NCBI GenBank assembly: GCA_044344255.1
Contig: JBIJDH010000052.1
Location: 1-17,300, forward strand
Reading direction: 5' to 3'
DNA length: 17,300 nt
Source of the DNA: Myxococcota bacterium
GTDB taxonomy: Bacteria; Myxococcota_A; UBA796; UBA2385
Position numbers and translations under genes: made by a program. This document shows, one piece after another, positions 1-6,284 of this stretch. Under the pieces are notes generated by a model. The model ran no database searches. It was not told where the DNA came from and worked only from the letters and a program-made list of their open reading frames with translations. The number at the start of each line of letters is the position of its first letter. The first letter of the stretch is position 1.

Positions 1-2
1 AG

Positions 3-182
3 TTCATGGGGCCCCTCGTCCACCGGTGCCCGGAGGGACGCTGGGAGAGGCCCTGCCACGAGCTCTTCGACCTGCTGACGCAGCACGGGGACGGCGCCAT
101 GCGCGACGCCTTCGCCCGCTGCGTCGCGCGCGAGACCTTCACCGTCGAGGCCGTCCGCGCCGTGCTCCGGGAGGCCGCATGA
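3..182 (+). CDS. istA: 3' end of IS21-family transposase IstA (partial, runs off window start)
   Basis: Open frame FMGPLVHRCPEGRWERPCHELFDLLTQHGDGAMRDAFARCVARETFTVEAVRAVLREAA* with high GC3. Its TGA (180-182) overlaps the istB ATG (ATGA), the usual IS21 arrangement. Identity is inferred from position. Confidence 0.75.
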   Translation, partial: FMGPLVHRCPEGRWERPCHELFDLLTQHGDGAMRDAFARCVARETFTVEAVRAVLREAA

Positions 183-976
183 ACCCCGGCGACATCGACC
201 TCGACAAGCTGCTCAAGCGCCTGCACCTGCCGACGGTGCGCCGCCTGTACCCGGGCTACGCCACCCGCGCGGCCGCGGAGGGCTGGGCCCACCGCGACTA
301 CCTCGCGCTGCTCATCGCCGAGGAGGTCGCGCATCGCAACGACACGCGCATCCAGAATGCGGCCCGCCACGCCCACTTCCCGTTCACCAAGACGATCGAG
401 AGCTTCGACTTCGTCTTCCAGTCCAGCCTGCGCCGCCAACAGCTCGGACCGTACCTGGGCCCGGAGCTGGTCACCGAGGGGCGGAACCTCATCCTGTCGG
501 GCAAGCCGGGCCGCGGGAAGACCCACCTCGCCGTCGCGATCGCCTACCGCGCCATTCAGAACGGCTTCACCGCCCGCTTCGTTGGCGCCAGCGCGCTGAT
601 CGACGAGCTCGGCGCCGCCTCCCGGGCCGGCCGCCTGCGCGAGGCGACGGCCGCGTGGGTCGAGCCGCACGTGCTGGTCATCGACGAGGTCGGGTACCTC
701 AACCACGCTGAAGACGCCGCCAACGTTCTCTTCGGCGTCGTGGACCAACGCTACCTCGCGCGCAAGCCGATGGTCTTCACGACCAACAAGAGGCTCCGCG
801 ACTGGGGGCAGGTCCTCCACGACCGCGACCTCGCCGAGGTCATCCTCGACCGCGTGCTCGAGCGTGGCGAGCTCATCGCGCTCGGCGGGCCCTCGTGGCG
901 CACGAAGCACCTCGATCCGGAAACCCTCTCCGACGACGGTGCCGATCCGGAGAGCGTCCGGAAAACCGAGCCCTGA
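179..976 (+). CDS. istB: IS21-family helper AAA+ ATPase IstB (265 aa; true start MNPGDIDL at 179, not 26)
   Basis: N-terminal LKRLHLP, FDF motif, Walker A GKPGRGKT, Walker B VLVIDEVGY, TTN, and ILDRV motifs typical of IstB/DnaC-like proteins. Confidence 0.95.
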   Translation: MNPGDIDLDKLLKRLHLPTVRRLYPGYATRAAAEGWAHRDYLALLIAEEVAHRNDTRIQNAARHAHFPFTKTIESFDFVFQSSLRRQQLGPYLGPELVTEGRNLILSGKPGRGKTHLAVAIAYRAIQNGFTARFVGASALIDELGAASRAGRLREATAAWVEPHVLVIDEVGYLNHAEDAANVLFGVVDQRYLARKPMVFTTNKRLRDWGQVLHDRDLAEVILDRVLERGELIALGGPSWRTKHLDPETLSDDGADPESVRKTEP

Positions 977-981
977 CCTGG

Positions 982-1027
982 CCCTGCGGCGAGCGCCGGT
1001 CGGCACGACCGGCGGCGAGTCGCAGGG
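982..1027 (+). other. GC-rich stem-loop just after the istB stop
   Basis: CCCTGCGGC(982-990)/GTCGCAGGG(1019-1027) encloses CGCCGGTCG-GCA-CGACCGGCG (994-1014). There is no U-tract, so it is not a classical intrinsic terminator. Confidence 0.5.
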
Positions 1028-1126
1028 GTCGTCGCGCGCAGATCATCCCACCCGGGCAGGCCGATGGCGCGCGACGAAGCGGGCAGGCCCTTGCCGCGCT
1101 CAACCCGCCGAGTCACGTTCACGAAC

Positions 1127-1173
1127 CCGCCAGACATACCGGATCGAAGCCGCCAGAGTTTCCGGACTCCACA
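1127..1173. repeat. IS21 right end with tandem transposase-binding repeats
   Basis: CCGCCAGACATACCGGA (1127-1143) and CCGCCAGAGTTTCCGGA (1150-1166), followed by CTCCACA (1167-1173). Confidence 0.75.
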
Positions 1174-1447
1174 GCTTCGTACCGAGCGCGTTCGAGGCGC
1201 CCTTGCCAGTGGTCGTCGGTAGCCTTTCGGTCGCGCTCGAGGTCTTCCGCCGCGCGGAGGCTGAGCTCCACCGCGGCCGGAGTCAGCGCGGCGAGCGCGA
1301 GCTCGCAGACCGCGTCGTCGACGCAGGGGGCCGACAGCCCCTGACACGCCGGCCCACCGTAGTGCGATCGCTCCTGCAGGCAGACATACCGCGGATGAGC
1401 CGCTCCATTCTTGCTCAGGTACTGTACGAACATCCGATGGTTGCAGC
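1174..1447 (-). pseudogene. Internal fragment of a large serine recombinase (zinc-ribbon plus coiled-coil region), cut by IS66 on its 5' side and IS21 on its 3' side
   Basis: Translation CNHRMFVQY...RYVC...YGGPACQGLSAPCVDDAVCELALAALTPAAVELSLRAAEDLERDR...WQGRLERARYEA matches the C..M.V.Y...Y.C...C zinc ribbon and LERARYEA segment of recombinase-family proteins. Confidence 0.8.
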
Positions 1448-1471
1448 GTAACCGTCCAGGCTGGCGCCACT
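1448..1471 (+). repeat. IS66 left inverted repeat
   Basis: GTAACCGTCCAGGCTGGCGCCACT. Confidence 0.9.
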
Positions 1472-1519
1472 GCCACCGCGGGCTCCTGCGGGTGATCTTC
1501 CCCTCTGGAGGATCTCCCG

Positions 1520-1879
1520 ATGGGCACCCGACACACACATCTCCTCGAGCGCCGCCGCCTCATCGAGGCCTGGCGCACATCCGGCCTCAGCGCCCACGCC
1601 TTCGCGGTACAGCGAGGCATCGTCCCGGAGACCTTCCGGCGGTGGATCGGTGGTGGCGGCGGCAGCGCCTCGGCGGTGCGGCCGCTCGCGGGGGACCCTG
1701 CCCCGTCCACGGAGAGCGCGCCGCGCTTCCTTGAGGTTCTCCCACCGGAGCCCTCCCCCGTGGTGGCGCGCGAGGTGCCGCTGTTCGCCGTGGAGGTCGG
1801 AGACCACCGCCTCCGCTTCGCCGAGCCGCCGCCGCCGGCCTGGTTCGCGTCCGTCCTGGGGGAGCTGCGCCGATGCTGA
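1520..1879 (+). CDS. tnpA: IS66 accessory protein TnpA (HTH)
   Basis: WRTSGLS..AFA..RGI..ETFRRW HTH pattern and FLEV motif. GGAGG RBS upstream; ATGCTGA overlap with tnpB. Confidence 0.88.
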   Translation: MGTRHTHLLERRRLIEAWRTSGLSAHAFAVQRGIVPETFRRWIGGGGGSASAVRPLAGDPAPSTESAPRFLEVLPPEPSPVVAREVPLFAVEVGDHRLRFAEPPPPAWFASVLGELRRC

Positions 1880-2265
1880 CCACGACGGGCCCCCAGAAGA
1901 TCTACCTCGACCCGGTCCCAGTCGACATGCGGGCGGGGTTCGACCGGCTCGCGGCGCGGGTCCTCGCCGCGGGCTTCGACCTCTATGCCGGTCATCTCTT
2001 CGTCTTCCTGTCGAAGCGGAGGTCCCACTGCAAGGTGCTGACCTGGGACCAGAACGGCCTGCTGATCCTGTTCAAGCGGATCGAGGTGGGCCGCTTCCAT
2101 CTCCCCGTCGTCCCGGAGGGGGTGACCCGCGTGAGCCTGGACGCCACCAGCCTCGCCGTCCTGCTCCAGGGCATCGACCTCAAGGCCCTCCCGGCGGCGA
2201 GGAGTTGGAGTCCGCCGCCGCGGGGATCGACAGCGGATCCCGCCTGTGATCTGGTACGGCCATGA
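1873..2265 (+). CDS. tnpB: IS66 accessory protein TnpB
   Basis: PVDMRAGFDRL, LFVFLSKRR..CKVLTWD.NG...KRIE.GRF and LL.GIDL signature of IS66 Orf2/TnpB. Confidence 0.95.
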   Translation: MLTTTGPQKIYLDPVPVDMRAGFDRLAARVLAAGFDLYAGHLFVFLSKRRSHCKVLTWDQNGLLILFKRIEVGRFHLPVVPEGVTRVSLDATSLAVLLQGIDLKALPAARSWSPPPRGSTADPACDLVRP

Positions 2266-3959
2266 GCACGCCCGTCCGCTCGCTCGACGCCGTCACCGCC
2301 CGCCTCGCGGAGATGAACCCGCTGGTGCGGGCGCTCATCGACCCGCTGCTCCAAGAGCTGCTCGGGGTCGTCGCCGAACTGCAGCAGGAGGTGCGGGAGC
2401 TGCGCGCGGAGAACACCGCCATTCGAGCGGCCTGGGCCGCCGAGGTGGCGGAGCTGCTCGCCGAGCTCGCAGTCAAGGACGCCCAAATCGAGGCCCTGGT
2501 GGCCGAGGTGGCCGACCTCAAGGCCCAGCTCGCGGTCAAGGACGAGCGCATCGCCTACCTGGAGAAGCAGCTCTACGGAAAGAAGTCGGAGCGACGGAAG
2601 AAGGTCTCGGACCCGCGGGTAGAGGCGGCGCGGAAGCTGCGCGCGGAGCGCACGGACGCGGAGCGGGCCGCTCGGCGGGCGGCCGACGACGAAAAGCGGA
2701 AGGCCCGCCTCGCGGCCATTCCGCCCGAGGTGGTGCACATCCCCATCCCGCCCGAGGCCCGCTGCTCCTGTAGCGGGGGCGACCAGCGCCGTCCCCTCGG
2801 AGAGGGCGAGGTGTCCACCCAGTACGAATGGGTCCCAGGGCGCCTCCGCCGCATCGACTATGTCCGGGAGAAGGCCATTTACACCTGTGGAGAGGGCTTC
2901 CTCGTCGCCCCTCCTCCGCCGCAGGTCGTCGAAGGCGCCACCTACGGGCCCCGCCTGCACGCGCACGTCGCCGTCAGCAAGTGCATGGACGTCATGCCGC
3001 TCCACCGCCTGGCGCGAGCCTTCCAGCGCATCGGTGTGCCGCTCTCCGTCTCCACCCTGTGCATGCTCTTCCATCGCTGCGCTGAATCGCTGGAGCCCAT
3101 CTACAAGGCCCTGCTGGAACGACTCCCCGACGTGGACCTCCTCCAGGCCGACGAGACCCGGCAGCCCGTCCTCGACCCGAATCGCGACGAGACGCGCACG
3201 GGCTGGATGTGGACCTTCCTCGACGCCCGGGCCATCGCCTTCGTCTACGATCCGAGCCGCGGCGGGACGGTCCCCAGTGACCTCCTGAAGGGCTCGAAGG
3301 GAACGATCCTGGTCGATGGTCACACCGGCTACAATCCGGTCACCACCCCGGAGGGCCGGGAGCGTGCCGGCTGTTGGTCGCACGCCCGCCGCGGCCTCTT
3401 CCTGGCCCGCGACTACGCCCCCGCCGTCCTCGATGGACTGCTCGCCGACATCCAGCAGCTCTTCCTCGTCGAGCAGGAGGCCATCGAGGAAGGCTTCGCG
3501 GGCTCGATGCGGCACCTGCACCTCCGCCGCGATCGGAGCGGGCCCATCGTCGATCGCATCTTCCGGACCCTCGAGGCCGAGGTCGGGCAGTTCTCCCCGA
3601 AGTCCTCGGTCGCCCAGGCGATGCGCTACGTCCTCAACCAGAAGACCGAGCTCCGCCACTTCCTCAAGGACGCCCGGGTCCCGATCCACAACAACGCCGG
3701 CGAGTCCGCCCTCCGCATCATCGCCCTCTTGCGGAAGAACGCCCTCTTCGTCGGCCATGATGAAGGCGGCCGTCACCTCGCCATCCTCCTCTCCCTCTGC
3801 GCCACCTGCCGACTGCATGACGTGAACCCCGAGGAGTGGATGGCCGACGCCCTCATCCGGGTGACCGAGCGGGGGAGCACCGTCGAGGAGCTCCTCCCCT
3901 GGAACTGGAAGCAGGGGCGCGGCGCCAAGAAGCGAGAGCCCGACAAGGCAGCAGCGTAG
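2262..3959 (+). CDS. tnpC: IS66 DDE transposase TnpC (565 aa)
   Basis: Leucine zipper ending LYGKKSER, then PLHR, catalytic ADET, VDGHTGY, CWSHARR, NNAGESALR, and C-terminal ELLPWNW. Confidence 0.96.
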   Translation: MSTPVRSLDAVTARLAEMNPLVRALIDPLLQELLGVVAELQQEVRELRAENTAIRAAWAAEVAELLAELAVKDAQIEALVAEVADLKAQLAVKDERIAYLEKQLYGKKSERRKKVSDPRVEAARKLRAERTDAERAARRAADDEKRKARLAAIPPEVVHIPIPPEARCSCSGGDQRRPLGEGEVSTQYEWVPGRLRRIDYVREKAIYTCGEGFLVAPPPPQVVEGATYGPRLHAHVAVSKCMDVMPLHRLARAFQRIGVPLSVSTLCMLFHRCAESLEPIYKALLERLPDVDLLQADETRQPVLDPNRDETRTGWMWTFLDARAIAFVYDPSRGGTVPSDLLKGSKGTILVDGHTGYNPVTTPEGRERAGCWSHARRGLFLARDYAPAVLDGLLADIQQLFLVEQEAIEEGFAGSMRHLHLRRDRSGPIVDRIFRTLEAEVGQFSPKSSVAQAMRYVLNQKTELRHFLKDARVPIHNNAGESALRIIALLRKNALFVGHDEGGRHLAILLSLCATCRLHDVNPEEWMADALIRVTERGSTVEELLPWNWKQGRGAKKREPDKAAA

Positions 3960-3980
3960 GCGACGGGTGGCGGGTGGGGG

Positions 3981-4004
3981 AGTGGCGCCAGGCTGGACGG
4001 TTAC
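3981..4004 (-). repeat. IS66 right inverted repeat
   Basis: AGTGGCGCCAGGCTGGACGGTTAC, the reverse complement of the left IR with one mismatch. Confidence 0.9.
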
Positions 4005-4161
4005 AGTGCGACCGTCGCTTGGAGACGAAGACGTAGAGATGGCCGGCATAGAGGTCGAAGCCCGCGGCGAGGACCCGCGCAGCCAGTCGATCGAATCCGG
4101 CACGCATGTCGACCGGGACAGGGTCGAGGAAAATCTTCTGAGGGCCGGTCGCCGTCAGCAT
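4005..4161 (-). pseudogene. tnpB: IS66 tnpB 5' fragment, truncated by the first IS66
   Basis: MLTATGPQKIFLDPVPVDMRAGFDRLAARVLAAGFDLYAGHLYVFVSKRRSH is near-identical to the 1873 TnpB and breaks exactly at the IR (4004). Confidence 0.92.
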
Positions 4162-4505
4162 GCCCGTAGCTCCCCGAGCAGGGCGGCGAACCAAGCCGGC
4201 GGGGGGGGCTCAGCGAAGCGAAGGACCCGCTGCTCGATCTGCACGACGAAGACAGATGCCACCCTCTCCGGCGAGACCGCGAGGGTAGAGACCTGGACCT
4301 CTATGAAGCGCGGCGGGCTCTCCACCACTCTGGTGGCAGGTCGGTCCATCGGCGACGGGGACGAAGGGAGCGTACGGATCCAGCGACGAAAAGTCTCGGG
4401 GGCGATGCCCCGTTCAATCGCATACGCGCCAGCGTTGAGGCCCGAGCGACGCCAGCCCTCGATGAGGCGGCGGCGTTCGAGCAAGGGGGTGTGTCGGGTG
4501 CCCAT
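4155..4505 (-). CDS. tnpA: IS66 accessory protein TnpA (second, diverged copy)
   Basis: MGTRHTPLLERRRLIEGWRRSGL...LRFAEPPPPAWFAALLGELR is a clear paralogue of 1520-1879. Confidence 0.88.
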   Translation of the reverse strand: MGTRHTPLLERRRLIEGWRRSGLNAGAYAIERGIAPETFRRWIRTLPSSPSPMDRPATRVVESPPRFIEVQVSTLAVSPERVASVFVVQIEQRVLRFAEPPPPAWFAALLGELRAC

Positions 4506-4832
4506 GAGTGGATCCTCCAGAAAGGGAAGATCACTCGGCTGCCATCTCTGCGAAAGAGGTGCTCGGCTGAACGGTTACTGGGCAGGTGCAGGACGGTGGT
4601 GAGCGGTTGTCCCGGGATCGGCGGTGAAGATGATCGCGCGCGCGAAGCCGCCGGGTAGCGGGTAGTAGGTCAACCAGGTCAGCCGACCCGCCAAGAACGT
4701 TGGCGCCATCGACCTCGTCGGACCGCTGACCTCGACCATCTGGAGGTGTGCCAAGGTCGGCCACGTCGGACGGCAGCGTGAAGGTGCGCTGCGTTCCCGA
4801 GCTGAACGGGGGCTCCTCCAGGCGACACGAGC

Positions 4833-6284
4833 CTACCGCTTCTTCCGCTTCCGCGCCGACACCGGCGCCACGTAGGGCGCCGGCGCCGAGGAAGGCACTG
4901 CCGCGCCCTCGGCCGGTCCAATATAGCGAGCGAGGGCGATGTTCACCGCACCCATGTTCGTCCCGCCGCGGAGCGCCGTACTGGCCGTGTCGAGCTCACC
5001 CGGGAAGGTCATCCGGAATGCGTTGGCGCCCTGCTGGATGGTGTAGGATCCGGTGCAGACGCCGGGCATCACCCCTGCGGCGTCACTCAGAGCGAAATGG
5101 AGCTGCGGCGTACAGCTCAGGTTCACACTGGACGTCCCGTTCAGTTCATGGCGCCCCTCGACGATCACCATCCGCGGCGGCCGCCAAGTGAACCGCGTGA
5201 CCGTAGTTACCACCGTGTAGTTGTCCTTGAAGAAGGTCCCCTTCTTGCCGTATGCCGTGCCCGAGCCGCTCGCCTCGAAGACGCCTCCCGCCGCGTAAAA
5301 CCAAGCGGTCACCATCGGGGACGCTTCGGGGTCTGCGCCTACGTGACCCAGCCCCACACGGATGAGCTCCGAATAGCCTACCCGACGCTCGTCGGCGTTC
5401 AGCTCGTCCCAGGTGGGCGTACCGGCCCGGAGCTCCTGGTACCAGAGATTAGTGATCGCTGGGACGAAGCTCGCCACACCGCACGAAGCGGGGGCGGCTT
5501 CGAGCTCCACGAGCGCGGTGGCATAGTGGCGAGCTTCCACCGAGGTGGCCGCGAGGGCCCGGGTGGCCGCGCTACAACCCTCGTTTGCAGCTTTCCTTCG
5601 CGCGGGGCTCAGCACTGCGGCCTCGGCCAGGATTGGGGTAAGCGCCTTCATCGCGGCGGCATCGTCCTTGCCGACCTGAGCGAGGGCGACGGTGAGCGCC
5701 TCGTCCACCTCGGAGGCGTGCCGCATCGCCGCAATGTTCCACGCGATCAACCCGAGGATCACCGCGCCGATGGCCAGGGTTCCGACAGCGAAGATGACGA
5801 TGGCGACGCGACGCCGGCGTCGGGCCGCATACCAGCCACGAAGCTCAGCTTCCAGCCCCTCCAGCTTTTCGAGCGCGCCATTCCCCGCTTCGAGGAGTTC
5901 CTCAGCCACCTCGACTGCCGGCCGGGAGCCTGAGTCGGAGGCCGGGCTGCGCGCAACGCGGGCCCAGCTCTCCGCCAGGATCTTCCCGGCCGATCCCGAA
6001 TTCTCCGCCAAGAGTGCGGCCCTTTCGAGGCGCTGTCGTCGGATGCCGAGATCCGCAACCGCCTCGCGCCTGCGGGCACTGTGCTCCTCCTCGGCCGACT
6101 GAGCCTCAGCCTCCAGCCGCGCCGCCCTCTCCATCGCCGCCCTGAACGCCTCGTTCGCCGCGCTCACCGCCGCGACGCCTGCCAGGTCGACCGTAGCACG
6201 CCCCGCCTCCGCCGCGCTCTCGGCCGCGGCCACGCGCCCGAGCGTCAAGGTCCCCGCCCGCGCCAGCTCAGTGGGGTCAAGCAC
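4833..6284 (-). CDS. Single-pass membrane protein (483 aa): N-terminal coiled coil, one TM helix, C-terminal helical plus beta-rich domain of unknown function
   Basis: Ala/Glu/Arg-rich coiled N-terminus; RRRRR followed by VAIVIFAVGTLAIGAVILGLIAW (positive-inside rule, C-terminus out). GTG start overlaps the FtsK stop by 8 nt. Confidence 0.8.
   Translation of the reverse strand: MLDPTELARAGTLTLGRVAAAESAAEAGRATVDLAGVAAVSAANEAFRAAMERAARLEAEAQSAEEEHSARRREAVADLGIRRQRLERAALLAENSGSAGKILAESWARVARSPASDSGSRPAVEVAEELLEAGNGALEKLEGLEAELRGWYAARRRRRVAIVIFAVGTLAIGAVILGLIAWNIAAMRHASEVDEALTVALAQVGKDDAAAMKALTPILAEAAVLSPARRKAANEGCSAATRALAATSVEARHYATALVELEAAPASCGVASFVPAITNLWYQELRAGTPTWDELNADERRVGYSELIRVGLGHVGADPEASPMVTAWFYAAGGVFEASGSGTAYGKKGTFFKDNYTVVTTVTRFTWRPPRMVIVEGRHELNGTSSVNLSCTPQLHFALSDAAGVMPGVCTGSYTIQQGANAFRMTFPGELDTASTALRGGTNMGAVNIALARYIGPAEGAAVPSSAPAPYVAPVSARKRKKR

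Larger units (their letters stand above)
1..1173 (+). mobile_element. IS21-family insertion sequence (right part)
   Basis: istA-istB pair. The right end has two CCGCCAGA-N4-CCGGA repeats 23 bp apart and terminates in ...CTCCACA (TG...CA ends), exactly where recombinase-like coding stops. Confidence 0.85.
1448..4004 (+). mobile_element. IS66-family element, apparently intact (2557 bp)
   Basis: tnpA-tnpB-tnpC bounded by 24-bp terminal inverted repeats starting GTAACCG (23/24 identical). Confidence 0.95.
4005..4578 (-). mobile_element. Truncated second IS66 (left end, tnpA, 5' tnpB), inverted relative to the first
   Basis: Left IR GTAACCGTTCAGCCGAGCACCTCT (4578-4555; 19/24 identical to the first element's right IR). 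It shares the leader GTGATCTTCCC..CTGGAGGATC and has paralogous tnpA/tnpB. Confidence 0.9.

Noticed and set aside
26..178. N-terminal extension of IstB in the ORF track
   Set aside because: Overlaps the istA tail in another frame; the ATGA-coupled start at 179 fits IstB.
1381..1391. CAGACATACCG identical to part of the IS21 end repeat (1131-1141)
   Set aside because: It lies within conserved recombinase codons (RYVC) and lacks the rest of the repeat; most likely coincidence.
1873..2265. TnpB as an RNA-guided nuclease
   Set aside because: This is the 130-aa IS66 accessory TnpB, unrelated to IS200/IS605 RuvC TnpB.
751..4103. Long minus-strand ORFs 751-2100 (449 aa) and 1992-4103 (703 aa)
   Set aside because: Antisense shadows of IS66 and istB genes in high-GC DNA; they cross element boundaries and show no motifs.
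4836..4856. C-terminal RKRKKR resembling a nuclear localisation signal
   Set aside because: Short basic tails are common in bacterial proteins, and this one is on a membrane-anchored protein; nothing else suggests a eukaryotic target.
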